A stretch of 64,000 nucleotides of DNA from Nemertoderma westbladi (Eukaryota > Animalia > Xenacoelomorpha), in assembly GCA_032718475.1 (NCBI GenBank), contig JAUCBJ010008515.1, positions 1 through 64,000 of the forward strand, written 5' to 3'. The position numbers were made by a program, and so were the translations under genes. This document shows positions 46,113-58,473 of this stretch, in pieces; positions within the stretch are counted from its first letter, which is position 1, and every line of letters starts with the position of its first letter. Under the pieces are notes generated by a model, which was not told where the DNA came from, made no database searches, and saw only the letters and a program-made list of their open reading frames with translations.

Positions 46113-47475
46113 TTACTACTACTACTAGGTCGGGGTAACAGACGTTTCGGTCTAAGACGTTTTGGCCTAGGACGTTTCGGCCCAATGAATGAAATACAAG
46201 ATTTGCTTGTCGGACGTTTTGGCCCAAAGACTCACTTTACTCCCTTAAATAAGCTATTAATTAATAAGTTATTCAATATATTTATTTTGTAGTTTTTAAC
46301 GTTCGTTACAAGAGGAGTTGTCAGTAGGAACTGCTCCGACACCTGTATGAAAGTCGTCAAGATCGAAGTTCTACATTATATTTATAAATAATAACTAATG
46401 TAATATTATTATTATTATTATTTATTAATATAAATATACACCATTAACTTAGTAACTTAGTATTATGTATTACTTAAGTATTACTAAGTATTATGATGAT
46501 GGGGTTTCCCCCATAAAAAAAAACATACGTATTTTAAAATATGAGTCAATAAATAAAGTACATTAAATACACCGAATTAAAATTATTACTGTATTTTAAT
46601 TTTGGTCTTAAACATATAATAGATTAGAAATATTCCATTAAAGGAGCATTGCTAATAATTATGAGACAGACTGGATGTCATATGGAATGAGATAAAATAT
46701 ATGCGTATTAAATTTAAATTCAGATAAAATATATGCGTATTAAATTAAAATTTAGATGAAATATATGCGTATGGCCTTTTCATTCAGTTAGTCATGGGCC
46801 GAAACGTCCGGGCCGAATCGTCCGGGCCGAAATGTCCGGGCCAAAACGTCCTGGACCGAAACGTCCTAGGCCGAAACGTCTGTATACCACTAGGTCGAGC
46901 GAACTCGGACAGTGGAAATGAGATCCTTCCAGGCTTCCCGATTCTCCATAGTTGTCGCAATTTCGTTTCTCCCAAGTTCAGTATCCCTTTCAAGTTGATC
47001 TATATATGTTATGGCCGGTCGTCCACGACTATGCTTTCCATGAGTTGGTTGCCAGAGAAGTAGATCTGGTATGACCTCGTCTTTACTTCGCCAGCAGTGC
47101 CCACTGAATCTTAATCTGCGTTCACGGAGGGTGGTTGATATAGGTGGCATTGTACCATAAAGCTCGGCGTTTGTCATGTGTTGTCTCCAGCTGATGTTTA
47201 GGGCTGGCCTTAGTAGTCTTGTATTTATATGCAATCCAACCTCCTTGGCAGCCCTCTCCACTTTATTTAGTAGAAGCTGTGCATCTGCTAGCGTATTAGA
47301 GTGCAGGGCGATGTCATCCGAAAAGTCGGTGTCTGTGACTGTAGTTGTAGGATATCTACTACTTATGTGTTCTTCAAGTGAGAATCACAGATCTTCACCC
47401 TTTGTGGCCGTCCTCATTGCGTAATCCAGCACAATTACAAATAGTAATGGTGCTAATGTGTCACCTTGCAGTAAG
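46113..47475 (-). mobile_element. RTE-clade fragment (second family), internally deleted and split by a MITE
   Basis: LQGDTLAPLLFVIVLDY, TDTDFSDDIAL, AKEVGLHIN, then RRLRFSGHCWRS..LLLWQP.HG..SRGRP..TYIDQL. The (TAG)n tail lies on the other side of the MITE at 46113-46132. Confidence 0.88.
46133..46888. mobile_element. MULE-like MITE, copy 2 (shorter), inserted at the stop codon of an RTE
   Basis: Same termini as copy 1. 9-bp TSD ACTAGGTCG (46124-46132 and 46889-46897). Confidence 0.9.
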
Positions 47476-47489
47476 TCACCATAACAGCA

Positions 47490-49667
47490 CTTATGACCGT
47501 AACGGTTGTGACACAAACCTTAGGAATCATTATTATACAGTATAAATTAATTTATATCATGTATGATACCACTGCTGCAGTGGGATGTAATTATAATTGT
47601 ACTGTACTGCTGTAATCAGGTAGTACACATAATAACCAAAATATCAGCTTACAATACTACATAGAACAGTAGAACGTATGGCTGCTTACATATAATCTGC
47701 AAAATTTGAATAATTATGTTTATTTACTCTTGCACTTTTCATTTTAGCACCGAACATGGTAGGTGTATTCAACTGCGGAATTTAAAAAGCCTTCCATTGA
47801 AATCAGCGCACCAGAAAACCTGTATGTAATTGAAATATACACCACTCCTACAAGTCTAGTTGTTTTCACTAAATTGAAAAATGCTGGTTACTTGCACTTT
47901 TCATTTTAGCACCAAAAATGGTAGGTCAGTAGTTGTGTTCAACTGCGGAATTTAAAAAGCCTTCCATTGAAATCGGCGTACCAGAAAACCTGTATGTAAT
48001 TGAAATAAATACCATTCCTACAATTCTTATTATTTTCACTAATTTGAAAAATGCTGGTTACTTGCACTTTTCATTTTAGCACAAAAAATGGTAGGTCAGC
48101 AGTTGTGTTCAACTGCGGAATTTAAAAAGCCTTCCATTGAAATCGGCGTACCAGAAAACCTGTATGTAATTGAAATATACACCACTCCTACAAGTCTAGT
48201 TGTTTTCACTAAATTGAAAAATGCTGGTTACTTGCACTTTTCATTTTAGCACCAAAAATGGTAGGTCAGCAGTTGTGTTCAACTGCGGAATTTAAAAAGC
48301 CTTCCATTGAAATCGGCGTACCAGAAAACCTGAATGTATTTGAAATAAGCACCATTCCTACAATTCTTATTATTTTCACTAATTTGAAAAATGCTGGTTA
48401 CTTGCACTTTTCATTTTAGCACCAAAAATGGTAGGTCAGTAGTTGTGTTCAACTGCGGAATTTAAAAAGCCTTCCATTGAAATCGGCGTACCAGAAAACC
48501 TGTATGTAATTGAAATAAATACCATTCCTACAATTCTTATTATTTTCACTAATTTGAAAAATGCTGGTTACTTGCACTTTTCATTTTAGCACAAAAAATG
48601 GTAGGTGTGTTCAACTGCGGAATTTAAAAAGCCTTCCATTGAAATCAGCGCACCAGAAAACCTGTATGTAATTGAAATAAACACCATTCCTACAATTCTA
48701 CTTGTTTCAACGAATTTTAAAAATGCTGGTTACTGGCACTTTTCATTTTAGCACCAAAAATTGTACCTAGGTCAGTCTGTCAGTAGGTGCATTCAACTGC
48801 TGAATTTAAAAAGCCTACCATTGAAATCGGCGTACCAGAAAACCTATATGTAATTGAAATAAATACCATTCCTACAATTCTTATTATTTTCACTAATTTG
48901 AAAAATGCTGGTTACTTGCACTTTTCATTTTAGCACAAAAAATGGTAGGTGCATTCAACTGCTGAATTTAAAAAGCCTACCATTGAAATCGGCGTACCAG
49001 AAAACCTATATGTAATTGAAATAAATACCATTCCTACAATTCTAGTTGTTTTCACTAATTTGAAAAATACTTGTTACTTGCACTTTTCATTTTAGCACCA
49101 AAAATGGTAGATGTTTTCAATTACGGAATGTAAAAAGCCTTCCATTAAAATCAGCGTACAAGAAAACCTGCCTGATATCGATATCAATACCTAACTCTAA
49201 TACCTTACCATTTTTTGAAATTCAGATTTATGTGAAAATCGATAATGTCACAACCGTTACGAAACTATGTCACGACCGTTACGCTGGTTAATTGATTGCC
49301 ACATTCTCTAATGATACTATATTGCCATACTGTTAATTTCATTTTAAACTCTATCTATTAACATGTTAGTCTGACATAAGTAACGCTAAATAAGTACAGT
49401 AAATTCGATAGAAATTTATAATGTGTAGGAGTCTCTAAAAAAAAAAGCTTGTCCATTTCAGTCACGACCGTTACGCCAACTTTAAACTGGAATACAATCA
49501 ATAAAACGTAATGTATTCCAGTGCGGTTTCGATTTTATTAAAGGTCCATATCTTAGGATCATATCATAGTAATATATTTTCAATATCATTCTTCCATGTC
49601 TCCTTAGAATACTCATTAATACCGGAAAGCCATGCGGAATGTCACGACCGTTACGCTGGAATGGCTG
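47490..49667. mobile_element. Tc1/pogo-like non-autonomous element carrying a satellite array; left end incomplete
   Basis: The motif gtcac(g/a)accgttacg occurs four times at 49247-49655 and once inverted at ~47498. The right end is ...ggaatggCTG|TA. Confidence 0.55.
47727..49172. repeat. 170-bp tandem satellite, about 8.5 units
   Basis: cttgcacttttcattttagcac recurs at 47891, 48061, 48231, 48401 and 48571 (period 170). Confidence 0.95.
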
Positions 49668-51554
49668 TATAGAGCTTATTTATGTCTTATAACCTGCACA
49701 TATACTAATTCGTTTATTGTTTTGGTTATATTCAGCCCTTCTGTAACCTGTGTTTTTGGTGAAAACCTGGTATTCTTCACATAGGGGTAACTGCAAAGTG
49801 AAATAAAACGGCAGAAAGTCTGGTATTCTTCGCCCATGTGAAGAATACCAGGATTTCATTTTTCGGTCGATTTTTTATTGGTCGATATTTTTTATGAAAT
49901 TTATCTTTACTAAGTGTTTTATGTGCGTGCGCGATGTCCTTTATTTTTTGAGGGGGATGATCTATTGATCAGTCAGTAGGACGGTTAGTAAGAAGGTGAC
50001 GGATGTAACTGTGTAGTGTAAACAAGCCGCCGCGGTAACATATTCTCCTTTCCCTCAATTGGTAGGTAACAAAATCGTTTATTGTTTTGGTTAGAAAACC
50101 CTGTCTCGGTAACCTGCTCCTTTCCCTCAATTTGTAGGTAACAACGTCGTTTATTGTTTTGGTTAGAAATTACAGCCGCTGTAACCTGCTCTTTTCCTTC
50201 AATTGGAAGGTAATAAGTGTTTATAATTTCCCACATTCCCATCCACCTTCCCATACTCTTTAATAAATAGTAAAATTAATAAAATTCTTAAATTTCATAC
50301 ATATTTTAAATGTAATAGGCCTATATTAATAAGAATCATTACCGTACTTAATTAATAATATTAATTATAATTAATATAATTAACTTTAACTATTAATAAT
50401 GATAACTACACTGTAAAAAATAAATAGCCTTTTCACCATAAAAAGGTCGCGTATAGCCCTGCTGCACCTCATTTATGGTAAAAGGTATTAAACAAATTAA
50501 TGCAAAGGCCATAAATAATATATGGCAAAAGCTGGTTTATTTCTTGTGATTCACCATAAAATATTTACGGCAAAATAGGAGCTGCTCTGCTAGGCTCTGC
50601 TCTATAGGCGGTAAACCTCTATAATAAAGTTATGGCGAAAATCTGTGGATTTCCTGGTTCGCCATAAAATAATTATGGTGAAATTGACCCTGCTGTCTTT
50701 AGTTCACCATGGAACATGTTATGGCTAAAATACGTTTATATCTGGTGATTCACCATGTACATGCTATGATTTTTGCTATGGGGGTATTCCTGGTCACTGA
50801 TTTCATTTCGAGGTCAGTTTTCACTTTTAGTGAAATCTAGTTTTTCTGTATGTCTCTCTGTCGGTCTTTCGGACTATCCGACAATCTATCCGTCGAATAT
50901 GAAGGTTACACCATCGAGGTAAAAGTTTAGTTATAGGGGTTTTCCTGTTCGCAGAATTCATTTCTATTGTCAGTTTTATCGTTTGATGATTTCCAAATTG
51001 TCTGTTTGGCTGTCTGTTATATTTTGACGGACAGACATACAAAAAGAAACGACAAGGCCAAATTTGAATACTGACATCAGAAATGAAGTTACCGACCAAG
51101 AAAACCCACATAGGAATTTTTTTTAGACAGATAGTATTCTTTTTATTGACGGGCAGACCGACAGTCCATCGGATAGAGAACCATTTCGAGAAGTATGACA
51201 GATCTTGCTAAACCGTTTTCAAATTTGGAATCTTGATATAAATCTGCTCTAGATGAAATATGGAAAACTTTTTTAAAACTAAATAAACTAATATTGCAAT
51301 TCATTGTTACACAAATTGACAAATAACATAGTAAACAATGACATGACAAATAACGTGTTAGTTAACAAATATTGCAAAACATTGTTATTTCATGACTAAT
51401 ATTGAAAAACATTGTTCCTAATTCGCCCAGCCTGAGAGTTTTTTATTACTTTATGGCCAGTTATCAAACTTGCAATAAACTAAAAAAAAAAACCATTTGG
51501 GAAAACGAAATTAAAAGCATAAATAAGGCCTAAAGTAAATAAAATAACGTAGTC

Positions 51555-52500
51555 AAAGCTTTTCACAGATTCAATACCCCACTTGGTTAGTATTGCCCGC
51601 CAAGCTGTCTTCAGAGGTCTGAAAAAGGCCACATCCAAGGGTTGTAGTATGTGAGTGGCATTAGGAACAAGAGGAATATAACTAATATTATTTGATTCGC
51701 AGCTAAGAACAACTTTAATAGAGAGGTGGCTAGACAGATTATCACCAATAAGAATTTTTTCCCATTCAGTTTATTGGCAGCTGGTAGAAATACCTCGAAG
51801 TACATCGAAACCTCGAACCATCCTGATTCTGTTGCATCGTAAATTGTGCCGGATGGCCCCCCTATTCCCCACTCCGGATCGTATCTTCCAGCTTTATATA
51901 TCACCATAAGAGGCAATAAATTACCATCCGCTGACCCACTGAACATAAGAGAGACCACCTGTTTTGATTTTGAGATAATACGCTCCACACGTTTCAAACC
52001 ACGCTTGCAGATAACCCTTTTGTCCCCAGGCTGCTGGGCTGGTTGCTCACATTGGTTTCATCAAAATTGAAAATGTTAGATGGTGGAATCACATCTGTTA
52101 CTTCAGCTTCGTAATTGTTAAAGAAGGCATTAAGTTGCTTCTCGCCAACCTCTGCCCTTGCGGGAGTAACATTTTCTGCGATGTGTTTGGTTAGCTTGTG
52201 TCTAACAAGGAACATTTCAAGCCAATCGCGTCCTGGAAGGTTTGTCTCGGGTCATGCTTGAGTCCTTGCTGAGTTAAATTATTTCACTACTTTCCCTGCA
52301 ATATTTAGCATGTTTTGGACCATCATACAGACTTCAATCCCTTCAATTGGTTTTCTCCAACGAGCTAAGATATTTATGGCCTGTACAACTTTCACTTCCA
52401 CTTCATTAGTCATTGCTGTAGGATGACCAGCCAATCCCTCGTGGTGCTTATTAATTCTATTCCACAGTGTCCCATAGCGTATTTTCAGCTTTTTACTTAC
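51555..52500 (-). pseudogene. pogo/Tigger-like (CENP-B HTH plus DDE_1) transposase remnant
   Basis: PGRDWLEMFLVRH, IFNFDETN, VSLMFSGSADG.LLP.MVIYK, SGWF, DNLSSH, PNATHILQPLDVAFFRPLK..WR across frameshifts. Confidence 0.88.
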
Positions 52501-52505
52501 ACATT

Positions 52506-54019
52506 TAATGCGGTCGGAACGCTGTCTGAGCTCCGGAAATGGTGGGACGTAGTAGCTGCGCGGGGTCCTTTATACGGGTACTTTCCGACGAAATGTGTCC
52601 TCCTCGTAAAGCCAGAGTTTTTTGGAGAAGCAGAGTCCCTATTCCCGGAACCCTGCTTTACGATCGAGGTCCGTGGGTGCCGACTTCTCGGCGGCGCCGT
52701 CGGCACTGAAGAGTTCCGACAGGAGTTCGTCGACGCCAAGGTTACCGAGTTTATCCGACAGGTGGAGCGTCTCGAAGGAATCGCCGCCATTGACCCGCAC
52801 TGCGTATACGCGGGCCTCGCGATTGGGTTGTCGGCGCATTGGCGATACATATCGCGCGTTATTCTGCAGTCTACGGATCGGTTCGGAGATCTCGAGGCTG
52901 CCGTCGAGAAGTGTCTTGCGTCGTTAGCGGGGCAGCCTGCCATCACTCCTGCGGAACGGGTACTCTGTTCGCTCCCGGTGCGCCTTGGAGGTTTAGCGAT
53001 CCCGCTTCCGTCCGACCTAGAGGAGCAATATAGTAATTCTAGATTGTTATGTGCGCCATTTAATAAGGGGGGTAACGTAAAAGAAAGATCGGAACTGCAA
53101 AAAGAGGCTACTAACCTTATTAGGATCCGGGAAACCGCCAACCTGAAGAAGAAGGTCGAGGAGGTTCATTTAGGACTCAATCGGGACCAACAACACCTAC
53201 GGGAGCTGACATCCGAGAAGGGCGCTTCATCCTGGCTAAACTCTCTCCCGGTGACGATCCACAACACTCACCTAGGTAAGCAGGAGTTCCGCGACGCTCT
53301 ATGCCTGCGCTATGGTTGGCAACCGAGACTTCTTCCGGCCCGGTGCGCCTGTGGGACACGATTTTCAGTAAATCACGCTATGTCGTGTCCCACAGGCGGC
53401 TATCCGTCTATTCGCCACAATGAAGTCCGCGATTTCTTCGCCACTACACTAACTGAAGTAGCGCATAACGTCGCGGTCGAACCTTATTTGCAGCCAGTCA
53501 CCGGTGAGCAGTTCATCCGACATTCCACTTCCACCGACGACCAAGCCCGCCTCGATGTGTCAGTCTGCGGTTTCTGGGGTTCCAGGTATCAGAAGATATT
53601 CCTGGATGTCTCCATCTTCAACCCCCTAGCCCCCACGAATGCTGCAATGCCTCTCGCCGACGCCCACCTCCATCACGAGGCCCGCAAGCGTAATCTTTAT
53701 GACGAGCGGATTCGTGAAATTGAGTTGGCGACATTTACGCCGCTCATATTCTCGGCGTATGGTGGCTTCTCGCCAACCACGTCTCAGTTCGTGAAGCGAC
53801 TCGGGATATTACTCTCAGAGAAGCGTGAGGCACCGTACTCCGAGTTTATTCGTTGGATCCGCCGTGAATTGAGTTTCGCGCTCCTCCGCGCGGGTTTAAT
53901 GTGTCTGCGGGGTGCGCGTTCTGCACGGAATCGACCGGTACGCTGCGATACTCCGATACAGATGTCCAACTCCGACACCGACACGTCGCCGTACCCATAG
54001 GCGACTAAATATAAAAAAA
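52506..54019 (+). mobile_element. CRE-clade (RLE-type) non-LTR retrotransposon, 5'-truncated, with an open ORF to the stop at 54000
   Basis: RT C-terminus (GP.YGYFP..K, LLGGAVG, LPVRLGGL.IP), ASSWL..LP, FRDALCLRYG, CACG...HAMSC..GG...RHNEVRD, RLE motifs RLDV...FLDV and HE..KR..Y, F.PLIFS..GG. A-rich tail at ~54007-54019. Confidence 0.88.
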
Positions 54020-56689
54020 CCTGTCTGCATGTCCAGGTTTTGAACTGCGCATCACGACTCTATTAGGCCTAATTTTAGTAATATACTGGTATTTTCTGAT
54101 TTTTATGTAGGCCTATAGGCCTATTGTTATTGTTTATACTTGTTACCTAGGCTACGTCAGATGGTGGTGGGACAATGTTTGTTTTTATATATTATATATA
54201 TTGATATTAAAATTTATCTAATATACTTTCTCCATGTTCTTTAACTCGGCGAATTGCATTATATTACTGTATTATATTCTATTATATTTCAGTATTTTGT
54301 ACATAGAATAGGCAGATAGGCCTATATCTATAACAGTACAAGAAAGTACCGATACTAAATTAAGGCTGTAAGGTTGTTTAGGTGTAATGATATATGGTAG
54401 AAAAGAAAGATATTATATTGTTGACTGTAGGCCTACCACTACCGGTCAGCCGGTTCTGTACTGGAGTGCTGTTTATCTTATCATTAAGGTACAGTATTTG
54501 TGTCAAATATCAAAGAAGCCCCAGTGAAATCAAAGTAACCCCAGGGTATCAAAGTAGCTCCGTTCTACGGTACCCATTGCCCAGGGCACAGGGTACCGGC
54601 AGACCGGTTCCGGTACCTTACCACACTCCTGGTCTGCTCTCTGCTCTGCTGGCTGGCTGGTTGCAGTAGTCCTACTGACCAGTAGCCCGCTGACCGTCAG
54701 ACCGTTCCGTTACATTGCTGCACTGTCTGAATAAATATGTCATCTGTCTGTCTGTATGCTGTAGCGCTGTAGGTTCAGACAATCAGACATTACAGCATTA
54801 GCTAGTAATACTGTAATAGCAGCTACCGGTCAGCCAGTGACCGCGACCGGTACAACTGTAGAACAGTAGAAGCCTACTCCTGTCCTGCGCCAGCAGTAGT
54901 TTCTATAATTATTGTAGGTATGCCTACAGCAGTGCAGCTGTACAGACGACAGATTAAGATATTTCTCTATTAGGCCTACTGCTGTACTGCATAGTAGCTA
55001 CCGGTACAGCCAGACAGCTGCACTGCAAACTGCAACAGTTATAATAACAGAGAATGCAGTAATGTACCGTACTGAAATAAAATGTCTACAATGTGACCGA
55101 CCGCCGGAATTCAAATCTGCCTCCAATTTAATCATATTTCGGTTAATTAGGATTTCCCTTAAATAATTTATGGTCAAAAATTTGCAATTTCTGGTGAAAA
55201 TATACAAGATGTCATAAAGCCACAGGCCATAAAATAATTATGGCGAAACACCTAATGTTGTTTATGAAAACTTAACTTAATCATACGGTGAAATTTATTC
55301 GTGATTATGTTAAGGTGATTTACCATATAGAATACGGCCAATTTATGTGGCATTAACTAAGGTAAGGTAGTTCACTGAATCATTTTTTACAGTGTATCCA
55401 CCCGGGTCCCAACAAGACGCTTTCAAGTGATGACGTGGCGTTACCCGCGCCCCAAACACCTGCGAGGAAGAGGAAACGACTCTTTATGCGAAGTATACCC
55501 AAGCGAAAGCGATGATATACGATTACTATCAGTTAGCCTGTCAATCTTTATAAAATCACTGTACTCGTTCGTCAACCATTAAGTACATTATAAAACTATC
55601 ATATTTGTAAATATTAAACAATATGTATTTCTTATTATTAGAGTGAAATTCGATATATTAGTCGAATTTATGTATTTTATATTTGAAGGATAATATGACT
55701 CAATATTTACCAACTTACGTTGATTAATTTACCTACCTACCATATTTGTAAATATATCAAACTCTAATATTGTTTGAAAGGTTGTTTAAAACTTATTTAG
55801 TCCTATCGGAAGTGACTCAATGAACTTTATTGTTTTATATGAGGAAGTTGATCTACCTTAATTAATTTTGTTTAATTATTTAGTTAGATTGTTTATCGTA
55901 TTTAATCGTACGTAGTAAATATACAATATTGACATTGTCTTTAACCGTTGAAAGATTGTATGTCCCTTTCCACGTAAATTTTCAAAAAAAAACTCAACAT
56001 TGTGTTATTCATAGAACGATTGTCGAACTTGTACGTAATTTTAGGGAACGGTTTTGCTGCACAAGCTAACTGTATATAAAATCGTATATTTTTATCAGAG
56101 AATCATTCAATTTCTGTGTGTATCATATTTATGCCTAACTCATATTGTATACCACCGTGAACCTTGTTTATATGTTGCCTAACAGCAGTTATGGTAGTGC
56201 TGAACTATCATTGGTATCTACCGGCACCAGTATTCTTACATCCTATTGGATCCGCGATTTATTCTCCCAGTGTTTATATAGTCGATGTTCATCCCATTAT
56301 TTCCAGGCCATGGCCTACTATATTTATATGGCCTAACAGGTCACTTGAATTGCCCTCCTAAAAAGAGGTCATTGTTGAACATTTTGTATCGTACGTTTTA
56401 AACAGCACATAGGCAAGACACAGTGTAGATAATGCCCAAAACATGTACCAAATGAGATATTATTGTAATACAGTGGGTTTATCATCGGCTATACATTGTT
56501 AGGAAGCATGCAATGCTTGGTTTGACCCTTTTTGTTCAAAAGTGTCTATTTTTCTGTTTCATTTTTGATTTGATTTACGAAATCAATTCCCAATATAAAA
56601 TTGAGAAAAAAAGACGTTAAGAAAAGAGAATTTTTCAAATATGTTAATTTAGTTTTTTTCTTTGAATTGATCATAAAACTTTTGTTAGA

Positions 56690-56995
56690 ATGATATGTTT
56701 TATCTGTCTGTCCTTCTGTCAGTCTTAATATTGTCTGTCAAATATTCAATGATTCTCAACTCTTGAGAGGTTGAGCGGATTAAAATTATGGGGCTCGCTG
56801 ATTTCATTTCTGATGTCAGTTTTCATGTTTGATGGATTTAAGACTGTTTGTATGTCTGTCCGACTGTCGGTCTGTCTGTAAAAATATAAGGAAGTTTACT
56901 AGCTGACGACAATTTTCGTTATGGGGGTATTTGAGTGCGGTGATTTCATTTCCGATGTCAGTTTTTATGTTTTATGAAATTGAAATTGGGTGGGT
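56690..56995. repeat. Dispersed repeat also present at ~50765-51230
   Basis: atggggg...tgatttcatttc.gatgtcagtttt.at units and ctgtc-rich tracts are shared between the two loci. Confidence 0.6.
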
Positions 56996-57149
56996 GCATA
57001 ATTAATTAATTTGAAAATCTTTGAAAATTAATTAATTAATATTCTAGATCATGTGAACTTTCGGAAAAGTTATGAAGATATAATAGTTATAAGGACAAAT
57101 TATGAATAAATAAAATAATAAAAAATGTCATTGTGTGTCAGGTCAGTTT

Positions 57150-57600
57150 GAGTTTACTTATTCTCAGTCTTCTTACGTTGTCGCTCTTTGAACGCAGCAA
57201 CACTCTGAACTCGTCTTTCATCAGTTATCTCACGCGTGCATTATTGAAGAAGATATTGGCCAAAGTAAGATACACAGTATCAGCCTTCTTCTTGTGGAGC
57301 TCGCAAAAAAAATACTGAATATGAAATACCGTAGGTCTTTAACATGGACAGGGCTGCTGCTCGAATATGAATCCCGGATCTTTGAAGAATACCTTCAACG
57401 TAACTTACCTGAGCAATACAATCCCCAACAGCCTCGGTAATCTCAGGTGATGGGATCTGCAGACCTCCTCGAATAAGGATATCGATATAGGTGCTGAAGG
57501 ATGGACCAGGTGCTTCTTCTTCCATCTGTGAGGCCCCTTGGAGCGAGAATACAGGGCACACGTGGCACGTTTCTTTGTCCAAACTTGGGTACTTGGGTTG
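57150..57600 (-). pseudogene. P-element/THAP9-like transposase C-terminal fragment
   Basis: CHVC...YIDILIRGGLQIPS matches the C..C...RGGL..PS C-terminal signature of P-superfamily transposases. Confidence 0.55.
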
Positions 57601-57699
57601 TCTCTATAGTTGTATTTATTTATTTTTCTTAAGTTATTTAATTTTGTGGCCAAAGTTGCCATGTTGATTCGGATCTAATCTAGCGCCGACATTTGAAGA

Positions 57700-58473
57700 A
57701 TTAGATTTTATTATTTATATTTATTTAAATTACATACAATGGGTTATATTTCACAATATATTCACAATATAATAAGTTATTCATGCACACACAAAACATA
57801 CAATTTTGAATAAATAGCATAGGGGCCTACTTGGGTGAAAACGTTAAAAATGTCGTCATGTCATATTATCAATGAGGTAGGACTTTAGGCGTTGTTTAAA
57901 GATATTTCTGGATTTTATAGCTGTACCGTCACAGGGGAGACTGTTCCAAAATAGAGGGACTCGGACTGAGATTGAATTGTGGGCTATATTTAATTTTATT
58001 TTTTATTTATTTATTTTATTTTATTTTATATTTAATTTATTTTGCCTTGAGCAGATGATCTGGTGTTACAATGATGAATCTCAGACGATTTATTAAACAT
58101 ATGAGAAAGCTGATGTTAAGTAGTTATTAGATGAAATGTTAAATAATAGTTGGCCTAAGTAAAAGTTATAGAGAGTTTGGAGAGGGAGAATATGTAGAAT
58201 ACGGTAGATAGGAATATAAGAATCCCGAGAGTGGCCGAATGTGATGCACCGCAATGTTTTGTTTACTTTAGTTCTAAGTGGACGAACAGTTGTTGTATGT
58301 GTGGAACCCCAAGCTGATATGGCGTATGTAATATAAGGATGAAAAAGTATAATGTGCGTAGAATCTGAAGGGGAAATATGTGTCTCAATTTATAAAAAAT
58401 ACCTGATGACTTACTAATTTTGGCTAAGATATAAGAAATGTGTGTCTTCCAATTTAATTTTTTATCCATCCAT
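57700..58473 (-). mobile_element. L2/CR1-group LINE 3' fragment
   Basis: DKKLNWKTHI..I..KISKSSGIFYKLRHIFP..ILR.LY is homologous to the end of the LINE at 10660-10800. It is cut at the Gypsy LTR. Confidence 0.85.

Larger units (their letters stand above)
50409..55394. mobile_element. CACTA/EnSpm-like non-autonomous element whose arms flank ~4.4 kb of nested inserts
   Basis: TA|CACTGTAAAAAA ... TTTTTTACAGTG|TA. Both arms (50430-50760 and 55160-55370) carry many ccataaaa / tt(a)tgg(t/c)(g/a)aaa subterminal motifs. Confidence 0.72.

Noticed and set aside
42215-49172. Tandem arrays as CRISPR arrays
   Set aside because: The units are contiguous with no unique spacers, there are no cas genes, and the context is eukaryotic.
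52423-52505. N-terminus of the 525-aa ORF as a real start
   Set aside because: It is antisense pogo sequence fortuitously in frame with the 5'-truncated CRE ORF.
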